Below the pieces are notes generated by a model. The model was not told the origin of the DNA. It saw only the letters and a list, made by a program, of their open reading frames with translations, and made no database searches. A stretch of 20,000 nucleotides of DNA from Chiloscyllium plagiosum. Lineage: Eukaryota. Shown here piece after piece: positions 1-10,597 of the stretch (position 1 is the stretch's first letter; every line of letters begins with the position of its first letter). Location of the stretch: the NCBI RefSeq assembly GCF_004010195.1, contig NC_057752.1, positions 480,405 through 500,404 on the forward strand. The letters are read 5' to 3'. The position numbers and the translations under genes are program-made.

Positions 1-612
1 ATGCAAAATTGACATTCTTCATGTGTGAGCTCAGTGAGGTTTGCCAGGCTGTTCATCCATGATTTGCATTGCAGCCCAGTCAGATGCCAACATCACCAAA
101 AGTCTAGACACAATAAATTTTTCAAATAGGGTGGGAGATCACAGGGTAGCAATCAAGACAAAAATCTCTGACTGACTGTAGCACTTATATACTTGCAGGC
201 ACCTCCATGCAAAGATTTATTAAATATACTCTGAGGCCTAATGTTTTTCTTTGTTAACCAATTACCTCAGTTAGTTATAGATCTCACCGACCGGTTATTT
301 TCATTGCTTGCCTTTTGACTATAAATTCCTCCTGTTATCCCCAGTCCCAACTGCACATCTACTGAAAGGAGCAGTACCGTCAAGAAGGTACCACTGCCAA
401 CTATGCCACTGCATACAATGTCAGGGGTGGAGTGAGTGAATGTTTGTGGATGTGGTGCCAAGGCTGCTTTGTCCTGGATGGTGTCAGGCATTTTGAGTGT
501 TGCTGGAGTTGCACCCATCCAGCAGAAAGTGAGGACTGCAGATGCTGGAGACCAGAGTTGAAAAGTGTGGTGCTGGAAAAGCACAGGTCAGTCAGCATCC
601 AAGGAGCAGGAA

Positions 613-648
613 ATTCGACGTTTCGGGCATAAGCCCTTCTTCAGGAAT
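613..648 (-). ncRNA. Minimal type I hammerhead ribozyme (PLE terminal repeat)
   Basis: Reverse complement reads ATTC-CTGAAGA-A-GGGC-TTAT-GCCC-GAAA-CG-TC^GAAT: CUGANGA and GAAA core, 4-bp stem II, palindromic ACGT stem III, stem I ATTC/GAAT, GUC cleavage triplet. Confidence 0.85.
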
Positions 649-859
649 GAGGCTGGTGTGCCAAGCGGGCTGAGATAAAAGGTAGGGGGGGGGAATTTGG
701 GGGAGGGGCGCTGCGAATACGATAGGTGGAAGGAGGTGAGGGTGAGGGTGATAGGCCAGAGGGGAGTGGGGGTGGAGAGGTCGGGAAGAAGATTGCCGGT
801 CAAGAGAGTGGTGCTGAATCCGGCGGTTGGGATTGAGATGAGGTGGGGGAGTGGAAATG

Positions 860-1616
860 AGGAAGCTGGAGACGTCTACATTCATCCTGTGGGGTTGGAG
901 GGTTCCTAGGCTGAAGATAAGGCGCTCTTCCTCCAGGCGTCGTGTGGTCAGGATCTGCGATGGAGGAGGCCAAGGACCTGCATGTCCGTGGCGGAGTGGA
1001 AGGGGGAGTTAAAGTGTTCAGCCACGGGGCGGTTGGGTCGGTTGGTGCGGGTGTCCGAGAGTGTTCCCTGAAACGTTCCAAAAGTAGGCAGCCTGTCTCT
1101 ACAATGTAGAGGAGACCACATCGGGGGTAACGGATACAGTAAATGATGTGTGTGGAAGTGCAGGTGAATTTGCGATGGATATGGAAAGATCCATTGGGGC
1201 TTTGGAGGGAGGTGAGGGTGACGTTTGGGCGCAAGTTTTGCACTTCTTGCGGTTGCAGGGGAAGGTGCTGGGAGTGAAGGTGGTGTTGGTGGGGGGTGTG
1301 GACCTGACGAGGGAGTCGTGGATGGAGTGGCCTCTCCAGAACGCTGATGGGGTGGGCAGGGAAATATATCCTTGGTGATGGGGTCTGTTTGGAGGTGTCG
1401 GAAATGACGGTGGATGATACGATGTATCCAAAGCTTGGTGGGGTGGAATGTGAGGTCCAGTGGGGTTCTGTCCTGGTGGCGATTGGAGGTGCGGGGTTCA
1501 AGGGCAGAGGTGCGAGAAGTGCAGGAGATGCGGTGGAGAGCATCGTCGACCACGTCAGAGGGGGAATTGCGGTCTTTGAAGAAGCAGGCCATTTGGGTTG
1601 TTCGGCAGTGGAATTC
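860..1616 (-). pseudogene. Frameshifted PLE ORF C-terminus: RT thumb, Cys-rich linker, GIY-YIG endonuclease
   Basis: Pieces across frames: FFKDRNSPSDVVDDALHRISCTSRTSALEP..TPLDLTFHP; FPCNRKKCKTC (CxxxxCxxC); FTCTSTHIIYCIRYPRCGLLYIVETGCLLLERFREH; PVAEHFNSPFHS; LGTLQPHRMN. These match PLE GIY-YIG motifs (IY..YIGET..RF.EH..HF...H). Confidence 0.9.
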
Positions 1617-1624
1617 CCTCACTA

Positions 1625-1760
1625 TTAGACCTAATCACCACATCCTACAAATAATGTTTAATTTAGCATGGCCAATTCATTTAACTTGTATATCTTTCGA
1701 TTGTAGGAGGAAACCGGAGCTCACAGAGGAAACCTGTGCAGACACGGGAGAATGTGCAGA
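1625..1760 (-). mobile_element. V-SINE (HE1-like) fragment at the PLE inversion junction
   Basis: aatttagcatggccaat...ggaggaaaccggag...gaggaaacc..tgcagacacgggagaatgtgca resembles the reverse complement of the V-SINE central domain (recognised from memory). Confidence 0.75.
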
Positions 1761-1856
1761 ATTCCAAAGCCATTCGCATGAGCCCTCACCTCCTTCCACC
1801 TATCATATTCCCCCCCACCCCACCTTTTATCTCAGCCCGCTTGGCACACCAGCCTC

Positions 1857-1892
1857 ATTCCTGAAGAAGGGCTTATGCCCGAAACGTCGATT
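1857..1892 (+). ncRNA. Minimal type I hammerhead ribozyme (inverted PLE repeat)
   Basis: ATTC-CTGAAGA-A-GGGC-TTAT-GCCC-GAAA-CG-TC^GATT; stem I has one mismatch. Confidence 0.8.
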
Positions 1893-2769
1893 TTCCTGCT
1901 CCTCAGATGCTGACTGACCTGCTGCGCCTTTCCAGCACCACACTTTTCGACGTTGCACCTGTCCAAGCAAGTGGGGAGTATTCCATCACATTCCTGAGCT
2001 GTGTAGATAATAGACAGGTTTTGAGGAGTTAGGAGGTGAATTATTTGCTGCAGAATTCCTATCCTCTGACCTGCACTTGTAGCCACAGCATTTGTATGGC
2101 AAGTCCAATTTAGCTTCTGGTCAATGGCAGAACCCCAGGACATTGATGTTAGGGGATTCAGTGATTTCCCTTGACATTCAATGGTATTACAGTGGTTAGA
2201 TTCTCTCTCTGGCTGGAGATGGTCAGTGCCTGGCACTTATGTGGCCCAAACATGGATATTGTCTTGCCACATATGAACATGTATTGCTTCAGTACCTGAG
2301 CAGCTGTGAATGGCGCTGAACATTGTGCAATCATCAGCGAACATCCCCACTTCTGACCTTATGAGGGGCGCAAGGTCATTGATGAAGCAGCTGGAGATGA
2401 TTGGGCCTCAGACAATACCCTGAGGAACTCCTGCAGAGATGTCCAGGAGCTGATATGACTGACCTTCAAAATCCACAAACGTGTTGCTTTGTGCCATGTA
2501 TGACTTCAACCTTTGGAAAGTTTTCCTCAATTCCGATTGACTCGAATGTTGCTAGAGTCCTTGGTGCCACACTCAGTCAAAAATTGGCAATCACTCTCAC
2601 CTCACTTCTGGAATTCAGCTCTTTGGTCCATGTTTGAACCAAGGTTGTAATAAGATCAGGAGCAAAGTAGCCTTGACAGAAACCAAACTGAGCGTCAGTG
2701 AGCAGTTTATTAGGAACCAATTTTCCACATTGTCGGATAGATGCTGCTGTTGTGACTGTACTAGATAAG

Positions 2770-3015
2770 ATTTTGATGATAAATATTGCACAGAACACCA
2801 AGGAGAACTTCCCTACTGTACATACAATAATACCATGGGATCGGTGGCATCCACCTGAGTGGACATACTGGGCCTCAGTTTAGTGTCTTATCCAAATTTC
2901 CAAGAATACAGCACAGCTCCTCTGAAGGTGTATGCCTTCTCAGCATTACATGGGGATTATCAGTCCTGATTATAGAACCCAGTCTTCTGATTTAAAGGCA
3001 AAAGGGCTACCCACT
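2770..3015 (-). mobile_element. Old Deu-domain tRNA SINE (SacSINE1-like)
   Basis: ccatgggatc...catccacctgag...gcctcagtttagtgtcttatcc is the reverse complement of the motif at 5040-5170. A tRNA-like head remnant lies near 2975-3013. Confidence 0.55.
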
Positions 3016-3367
3016 TCCACACTTAACATGCAACCAAGATGTGCCTGTGGTACCTTTGTACTGCTTCCTGTGTCACTCAGTATACCTTTAGCTATCAAAT
3101 GTGTCCAGTCCAACATCGCAGAATTAATCAATGTAGCAGGTTTCTTGTAACATGTTTAAACAGTTGTTAAATTGAACTGGGTGAACTGCCATCAAATTTA
3201 CTTTTCAGTATAAAAATAGAGATTTATAGTCAAGAATGATAGACAATTTCTAAATCCACTTCTATAGTTATTAACCAAAGCTGCTAACAGAAAAATCATT
3301 TATTGCTTTGAAATGCCCTAATCAATCACATTCTTATGACAATAACAAAGGAAGTGATGTCAGCAAT

Positions 3368-3949
3368 ATGCTGTACAGGGCCCTGGTGAGACCGCACCTG
3401 GGAATATTGTGTCCAGTTCTGGTCTCCAAATTTGAGGAAAGACATTCTGGCTAATGAGGGAGTGCAGCGTAGGTTCACGGGGTCAATTCCTGGAATGGCG
3501 GGACTATCTTATGTTGAAAGATTGGAGCGACTGGGCTTGTATACCCTTGAGTTTAGAAGACTGAGAGGGGATCTGATTGAGACGTATTAAGATTATTAAA
3601 GGATTGCACACTCTGGAGGCAGGAAACATGTTTCCGCGAATGGGTGAGTCCTGAACCAGAGGACACAGCTTAAAAATAAGGGGTAGGCCAATTAGGACAG
3701 AGATGAGGAGAAACTTCTTCACCCAGAGAGTGGTGGGTGTGTGGAATGCTCTGCCCCAGAAGACAGTGGAGGCCCAGTCTCTGGATTCGTTTAAGAAAGT
3801 GTTGGATAGAGCTCTCAAGGATAGTGGAATCAAGGGTTATGGAGGTAAGGCAGGAACAGGATACTGATTAAGGATGATCAGCCATGATCATAATGAGTGG
3901 TGGTGCAGGCTCGAAGGGCAGAATGGCCTACTCCTGCACCTATTGTCTA
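3368..3949 (+). mobile_element. CR1 LINE 3' end
   Basis: LYRALVRPHL.YCVQFWSP, RRLRGDLIE, RGHSLK, NFFTQRVVGVWNALP, then the 3' tail gaatggcctactcctgcacctattgtcta. Confidence 0.9.
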
Positions 3950-4600
3950 AATAGAGAAAGAACTCAGTGAATGTTGTCACATTGAAATTTAGAACTGGAG
4001 TCTACATCATTCCTGCAGTGGAGGAAAGAACATGAACAAACAGTGATCAAATCTCCCCTTTCTTTTAAACTTTTCACAAAAGCATTGTAAATAGTTTTAC
4101 CATATTCTCAAAACTACCAGAACTCTTATTATGTTTTTTCACATTTAAAGTTTGAAAACCTAATTAGTTTTCTCTGATGTAATTAAAATATTCTTTCATA
4201 CTGCGGGAGAGAATATTTACTTCAAAATGAAGGAAAGTACACGAGTTAAATAGTATTATATGAACGTTTTCTGGGAGAGTCTGTTTCTAGCACTCCTTGA
4301 CATATTAAAAGCAGTTCTAAAACTGCTCCTGCACCATTGTGTACATGTACACATACACACACCATGCACACTGTAGACCAATGATTCTCAAACTGGAGTC
4401 TGCAGAGACATTTCAGGAAATCTGCAGCACAAGGTGGCCACCCAGGACACCATAATCAAAAGTAAGGAAGGTATTGGCAGTCAGAGCTCATTGTCTGCTA
4501 GTGCTTCATCCAGAGGTGTTTTCTCAACTGTTTTTGCCTGTGGTGGCTGCCATTGCCTTTCACTGTCAAGGGCAGAGCAAGAAGGCAGGTCTCAGGTCTA

Positions 4601-4680
4601 CCTCATCCAGAATGGAAATTGAACTTGCGGTATTGGCATTATTCTGAATCACACACTTGCCACCTAACCAGCTCAGCTAA
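4601..4680 (-). mobile_element. tRNA-derived SINE head fragment
   Basis: Reverse complement has A-box-like TAGCTGAGCTGG and B-box-like GTTCAATT. Confidence 0.45.
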
Positions 4681-4734
4681 AAAAAAACCCAAAAGAACTG
4701 CAGATGCTCTAAATCAGAAAAACAGGAATTGCTG
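4681..4734 (-). mobile_element. Short PLE terminal-repeat tail fragment
   Basis: aaaagaactgcagatgct.taaatcaga...aattgctg shares the ACTGCAGATGCT motif of the PLE tails at 525, 7820 and 19930. Confidence 0.5.
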
Positions 4735-5039
4735 ATGAAGTGTTAGTGTTGAATAAGAAGGCCCGTTGGGGATTTTCTCAACTCACCAACAATCAAACTC
4801 TTAAGTGGTCAATTAACAAACAGTTAAAGCCCTCAACTCACCACCAGCCTGATTACCCCTGTTCCTGCATGCAAGAAAGAAAGGGGACTGGTTTCTGTGA
4901 CCTGCCTGCTCAGTTAGAGGGTCCATTTGCTTCAGTCTGAATCCAGGCATTTCAGGAGTGCCTCTGACCTCCCCCTGACCTTTGTCTTCCTACAAGACCC
5001 AAAAGAGAAAGACCTTTATTCTCATAGGCCACAGCAAGT

Positions 5040-5170
5040 TAGTCCACACTGATATTCCAGCAGTGTTGCACTGTGGTTGTGATGTTTTTTGGGTGAGATG
5101 GTAAACGGAGGTCGTTTCTGCCCTCTCAGGTGGATTTTAAAAATCCCATGGTAGTATTTTAAATAGGGGA
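5040..5170 (+). mobile_element. Deu-domain SINE fragment (SacSINE1-like)
   Basis: gtgttgcactgt...gagatggtaaacggagg...ctgccctctcaggtggat...aaaaatcccatgg.agtattt resembles the Deu domain. Confidence 0.65.
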
Positions 5171-5199
5171 TTTTTAAAATGTTTATATTCATCTGAAGT

Positions 5200-5515
5200 T
5201 TCCTCCATTTCCTCATCCTACAAGTTTCTCCAGTCCCCACAGCCCTCAGATATGTGTAACACTGCAATTCTAATTATTTGAGCACCCAAATTTTAATTTG
5301 CTTCACCACTGGCAGCAGCCTTCCCTAAGCTCTAGGATGATCTCTCTCTCTCTATTTTAAGAGGCTCCTTATAACCTACTTATTTTTACTAAACATTTGG
5401 TCATCTGCACTAACGTCTCCTAAGATATGTGTGTGTGTGTGTTCACACTTCTTTTAAGTACCTTGAGCTATTTTACAATGTTTTACAAGGTGCTATATAA
5501 ACACATTGTTGTTGT
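5200..5515 (+). mobile_element. Old L2-type LINE 3' end
   Basis: ttttaagaggctccttataacctac...tttggtcatctg...aaggtgctatataaa..cattgttgttg. Related reverse-complement copy at 12350-12795. Confidence 0.55.
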
Positions 5516-5847
5516 ACCCTGGGCCAGCATTTCCTATCCTTCCCAGTCTGAGATTTCCACCACTAGATTTCAGTCTGTGTCTGGAGCTGACCTTTGTGCA
5601 CTTGAAATATTATTGCTGTCATTTCTTTACAGGGTGCAGTGCATCGTGCTGAATGTTTCCCTCTAGCTATCAGCATTCTGAGGCACTGACATTAAAAATG
5701 GAAAAAGGATCCCTCTTGTCTTCTGCCAGAGGCCATGTTAAAACTGCCACGTTCTCTCCCCACCCCCGCTTGTTCAGCAAGTAAATTCAGCAGCCAGTGA
5801 GTAGGTGTGTTACATATGATTGGATGCCATTCTGTGTTGAAGGAGCT

Positions 5848-6357
5848 TATTTATTCATTCATGCAACGTGGGTATTACTGGCTGGGCCCAGCATTTATTG
5901 CCGGTCCCTAGTTGGCCTTGAGAAAGTAGGTGAATTGCCTTCTTGAACTACTGCAGTCTGTGTGCTGTGGGTTGACCCACAATGCCATTAAGGAGTGAAT
6001 TCCAGGATTTTCAGCCAGCAACACTGAAGGAACAATAATATATTTCCAAGTCAGAATGGTAAGTGGCTTGGAGGGGAACATGCAGGTGGTGGGTGTTCCC
6101 AAGTGTCTGCTGTCATTGTCCTTCTAGATCAAAGTGATTGTGGGTTTGGAAGGTACTCGTAAGGAGCTTTGGTGAATTTCTGCAGTATGCCTTGTAGATA
6201 ATACCCACTGCAGTTTCTGAGGGTGGCAGGAGTGGATGTTTGTGGATGTGGTGCCAGTCAAACAGGCTGGTTTGTTCTGGTTTGTGCCAGCTTCTTCAGT
6301 GTTGCTGGAGCTACACCCACCCAGGCATGTGGGGAGTATCCATCACACTCCTGACTG
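5848..6357 (-). mobile_element. 3' end of the same CR1-group LINE family as 432-2730
   Basis: 6230-6357 aligns with 432-524 plus 1970-2000 (tttgtggatgtggtgcca...gtgttgctggag.t.caccc...gtggggagtat..catcaca). Confidence 0.75.
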
Positions 6358-7333
6358 ATATCTGAACTGGTGTGATCAGGGCAAGGAGCAGGGGAATGGA
6401 GGGATGGAAGTTCTACAGCTTTGTTTTCTCGGTTGGTAGGTCAACCTTCCAAAGTTTGTGCTCCTGGTTGGTGTCCAGTGTGAAAATGCTTCTGTGGGGA
6501 TGTCCAGTGAAACTCCCCAGACTCCCCTGGCTTGATTCCAGTGAAACATTTCCTCTTCAGTGCACATACATATTTCCAGACAACTGGTGCTGCAAACTCA
6601 CCCAATTGAGCTGAATTCTGTGTGCAGAAATCAGACCCATTTCACATTCTGGACTGAAAGAAGTAAGTTTAATTGGAGCCTTTATCTCAATAATACCATA
6701 TCCTACACAGTGGAGAGCAGATACAAACCTAAAAAACATACCAGGCTAACTGATGACGAGATAATTCACCCAATCAGGAGAATGCAGGAGATTTGAACAA
6801 AGTATTCTCAGTGGTCTGGAGAGAAATAATCTAGATTTAGTTCTATAGACTTGCCTTTTCAGCTCACCGAGAATCAATACAACTAGAAGGAACAAAACTG
6901 AAATCCGTCGGAAAATTCACAGCTACAAGGTGAAGCCTTAAGTTGCTATCTATCAGAAAATCATTGAGACAACTGGTGATAGACAACATTTTCTAGATGG
7001 ATAGTGAGCAGAAATATAGTACTCATCAGGAATCAATCCACAGCACAATTTAAAGAAGGATTGTTTCTGCAGCCAAGGGGAGGGGCACAGAGTGAACTGA
7101 CGTCTTTGTGACAACGACAACATCGCTGTGCATGGCATTTCTGTAAATATATTGCACTTTACTGTGATGTTTCTCGTTGTCATTTCACCACTAGCACTCA
7201 TTGCAAGCTTGCCCTTGAACAATGGCACCTGGAGAACTGGATCTGGCTCAGCAAGAATCTGCATTTAGAATATGGAACATTACAGCACAAGCCCTTCAGT
7301 CCACCATGTCTGTGCTGACCATGATGCCATTCT

Positions 7334-7448
7334 GTTATTTTCTAATCAACCTATTCAGAAATGTTCATACTTCTGCAGCAGGGTGGACTTGAAACCAGTC
7401 ATCCTGGTCCCAAATATAGGAACACTATCACTGCACCACAGGTACCCT
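7334..7448 (-). mobile_element. Short tRNA-derived SINE inserted in the CR1 3' UTR
   Basis: Perfect 9-bp TSD TGCCATTCT (7325-7333, 7449-7457). Reverse complement has A box TGGTGCAGTGA and B-box-like GTTTCAAGTCC. Confidence 0.75.
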
Positions 7449-7819
7449 TGCCATTCTAAACTCATCCTATCTGCCTGCACGAGGTCTGTATCCCCCCTGT
7501 TCACTGACTGTTGTCTGTTTAAAAGCCTCTTAAACATTGCTGTCATATCTGCTTTTACCACCTCACCTGGCAGCGCATTCCAGGCACCTACCATCTTCTG
7601 TATAAAAAATCCTTTCCTCATACATCTCCTTTAAACTTTTCCCCTCTTCACCTTAAACCTATGTCCCGTAGTATTTGATATTTCCACCCTGGGAAAAAGA
7701 CTCCATCTATCCATCCTATTCATGCATCATTTTATATATGCTTCTATCACATCACCCCTCAGCCTTCAACACTCTAGCAAAAAACAATCCAAGTTTGTCC
7801 AACTTCTCCTAATAGGCTA

Positions 7820-7987
7820 AAGTGAGGACTGCAGATGCTGGAGATCAGAGTCGAGAGTAAGGCGCTGGAAAAACACAGCAGGTCAGGTAGCATCCGAGGA
7901 GCAGGAGAATCAACGTTTCGGGCATAAGCCCTTCATCAGGATTCCTAATGCTGCCTGATCCACTATGCTTTTCCAGCACCACACTCT
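7820..7987 (-). mobile_element. Non-coding PLE terminal-repeat insertion (family A) with inverted 5' segment
   Basis: 7820-7944 is homologous to 527-648, followed by an inverted copy of the tail (~7949-7990). TSD CAACTTCTCCTAATAGGCTA (7800-7819) / CAACTTCTCCTGATGGCTA (7988-8006). Confidence 0.85.
7907..7944 (-). ncRNA. Minimal type I hammerhead ribozyme
   Basis: Reverse complement reads GAATC-CTGATGA-A-GGGC-TTAT-GCCC-GAAA-CG-TT^GATTC, with a perfect 5-bp stem I and GUU triplet. Confidence 0.85.
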
Positions 7988-8425
7988 CAACTTCTCCTGA
8001 TGGCTACTACACTCCGTCTAGGCAATATCCTGGTAATCCTCTTTTGCACTCTCTCCAAAGCCTTCACATCCTTCCCATAGTGTGGTGACCAGAATTGCAC
8101 CTAATGCACCAAATGCGGCCTAACTTAAGTCTTACACAGCTGCAACATTACTTGCCAACGTTTATACTCAATGCCTTGACTGATAAAGGCAAGCATGCTG
8201 TACACCTTCTTTACCACTTTATCCACTTGTGTTGCAACTTTCATGGAGCTAAGGACTTGCAACCCAAGATCCCCCTGTATATCAGTGCTCCTGAGGATCC
8301 TGCCATTTCCTGTTGCATTTGACCTCTCAAGATGCATCACCTCACATTTATCCAGATTAAACTCCATCTGCCATTTTTCCACCCAGCTTTCCAATTGGTC
8401 TATATCCTGCTGTATCCTTTGATAA

Positions 8426-8527
8426 AGTCAGAAGTCACAACACCAGCTTATAGTCCAACAGGTTTATTTGCTCCTTCGTCAGGTAAACTGTCCATCCCAA
8501 TCCAACACCGGTACCTCCACATCATGA
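8426..8527. mobile_element. Short rearranged insertion of second hammerhead-type repeat (family B)
   Basis: Shares acaacaccag.ttatagtccaacaggtttatttg and the reverse-complemented tail tccaacaccggtacctccacatcatga with 14906-15099. Half hammerhead CTGACGA-A-GGAGC on the minus strand (8470-8482). TSD TGTATCCTTTGATAA (8411-8425) / TGTATCCTTTTATAA (8528-8542). Confidence 0.8.
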
Positions 8528-9509
8528 TGTATCCTTTTATAACCTTTCTCATTATCCACAATTCCACCAATTTTCATGTCATCTGCAAACTTATAATGAG
8601 ACCACCTACATTTTCATCCAAATCATTGATATATATATACATTACAAACAATAGAGATCCCAACACTGATCCTTGCAGAACACCACTGTTCACAGCCTTC
8701 CAGTTAGAAAAACACCGCTCCACAACTACCCTCTGTCTTCTATGACCAAGCGAATTTTGTATCCAACTTACCAATTCACCATGGATCCCATGCGACTTAA
8801 TCTTCTGGACCAGCCGACCATGAGGGACCTTGTCAAATGCTTTAGTAAAGTCCACGCAGACAACATCCACTGCCCTACCTTCATCAATCATTATTGTTAG
8901 TTCCTCAAAAAATTAAATCAGATTTGTAAGACAAGACCTCCCCTACATAAAGCCATGCTGACTATCTCTAATAAGTCCATTCTTCTCCAAATCTGAGTAA
9001 ATCCTGTCTTGAAGAATCTTCTCCATTACGTTCCCTACACTGATGTAAGGCTCACCAACCTATAATTTCTTGGATTATCCCTGTTGCCCTTCTTAGACAA
9101 AGAAACAATATTGGCTATTCACCATGCTTCTGGGACCTCACCTGTGGCTAAAGAGGATACAAAGATCCCAGCAATCTCCTCCTCTGCCTCCTGATCCCAT
9201 CAGGCCCTGGGGTCTTATCTACCTTATTGTTTTTCAAGATAACCAACACCACCACTTTCTTAATACCAACATGCCCTGGAACATCAATATACCCCTCCCT
9301 AATCTTACCATCATCCATGTCGCTCTCCTTGGTGAATACAGATGCAAAGTACTCATTAAGAATTTCACCCACTTCCTATGGCTGCATGCATAAATTCCCT
9401 CCTTTGTCCTTGAGTGGAGCTGACATTGCCCTAGCTATCCTCTTGCTCCTAATATACGTATAAAATGCCTTGGGATTCTCCTTAATCCTACTTGCCCAGG
9501 ATATTTCTT

Positions 9510-9544
9510 AGTTAGAGACAAAAACTGCAGATGCTTGAATCCAA
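9510..9544 (-). mobile_element. 35-bp PLE tail micro-insertion
   Basis: aaaaactgcagatgcttgaatcc between AGGATATTTCTT (9498-9509) and AGGCTATTTCTT (9545-9556). Confidence 0.65.
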
Positions 9545-10597
9545 AGGCTATTTCTTGGCCCTTCTCGACCTAATTTTTTGTTTAAGTGCTTTTCTGCTTC
9601 CTTTATACTCAAGGGCCTTGTTTGATTTCAGTTTCCTAAACCTTACATATGCTTTCTTTTTCTTTTGACTAACCTTTCAATATCTCGTCAGCCAAGGTTC
9701 CCGAATCTTGCCATTCGTATCTTACCATTCTTATCATTCATCCAAACAGGAACACGCTAGTCCTGAACTCTGATCAACTGACCTTCAAAACGGTCCCACG
9801 TGTCAGATGTGGATTTACCCTCAAACAGCTGCACCCAATCGAATTTCTCATGTCTAATACTGCTGTAATTAGCCTTGCACCAATTTAGCATTTTCACCTG
9901 AAGACCAGTTTAATTCTTATCGATAACTATTTTAAAACACATGGAATTATGATCACTGTTCCCAAAATGCTTCCCCACTGAAACTTCGATCACCTGGCCA
10001 GGCTCATTCCCCCCCACATGTTTGAGTACAGCCCCTTCCCTAGTTGGACTATCTACATATTGTTTCAAGCAACCCTCCTGGATGCACCAAACAAATTCTG
10101 CCCTCCGGCACTAAAACAGTCCCAGTCAATATTGGGGAAGTTAAAATCACCCACAACAACAACCCTGTTTTTGTGAACATCTTTCCATGATCTGTTTACA
10201 TATCTGTTCCACTATCTCAAGCTGGCTATTTGAGCCCTCCAAGATATCCTCTCTTAGTACAGCTATGATGTTCTCCTTAATCAGTAAGCAACTTCCCTCC
10301 CCTTTTACACCCCTCTCCATCTCGCCTGAAACATCTGCACCTGGGAACGTTGAGCTGTCAGTCCTGCCCTTCTCTCAACCCAGTTTCTGTAATGGCTCCC
10401 ACATCATAGTCCCATGTACTAATCCAGGTTCTAAGTTCATTTCCCTTACCTTTTAATACTCCCTATCCTAAAATAAATACATGCCTGTAGTGATTGTAAC
10501 AAAGTCAGCCAAGTGGACCTCATAGAATGAGTTCCCTGATTGATTGGACCTGGTTAACAGCCCCAAAGAGCCCTGACTGACAGATAAAAACACGAAT

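Larger units (their letters stand above)
525..1951 (-). mobile_element. 5'-truncated Penelope-like element (probably Neptune-type) with an inverted partial terminal repeat at its 5' side
   Basis: PLE coding remnant at ~860-1616. The 3' terminal repeat (525-~750) is inversely repeated at ~1783-1951. Flanked by imperfect TSD GTTGCACCCATCCAGCA (508-524) / GTTGCACCTGTCCAAGCA (1952-1969). Confidence 0.9.
432..2730 (-). mobile_element. Decayed CR1-group (CR1/Crack-like) LINE RT fragment, split by the PLE insertion at 525-1951
   Basis: Minus-strand RT motifs: LLTDAQFGFCQGYFAPDLITTLVQTWTKELNSRSEVRV (~2590-2705), GVPQG..GP....FINDL....SEVGMFADDCT (~2320-2432), DQKLNWTCH..AVATSAGQRIGIL (~2050-2125). 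432-524 joins 1970 onward as in the uninterrupted copy at ~6230-6357. Confidence 0.85.
7266..10485 (-). mobile_element. Near full-length decayed CR1 ORF2 (APE endonuclease + RT) and 3' UTR, with four nested insertions
   Basis: EN motifs WISTWDYDVGAITETW (~10375-10430), VVGDFNFPNIDW (~10122-10160), SDHNS (~9943-9958). RT motifs DFTKAFDKVPH, SGVLQGSVLG, YINDL, WQMEFNLDKCEVMH, FFIQKMVGAWNALP. Confidence 0.92.

Noticed and set aside
697..1917. Plus-strand ORFs and Pro/His-rich minus ORFs as novel genes
   Set aside because: Antisense or off-frame readings of the GC-skewed PLE.
5341..5442. (TC)n and (TG)n tracts
   Set aside because: Short ordinary microsatellites within an old L2 tail.
6560..6796. 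Endogenous viral glycoprotein fragment (NQT, NWS, NNT sequons)
   Set aside because: Only 78 aa with no recognisable viral motif order; sequons can arise by chance. BLASTX would settle it.
7334..7448. tRNA gene
   Set aside because: No complete cloverleaf and a 9-bp TSD, so it is a SINE.
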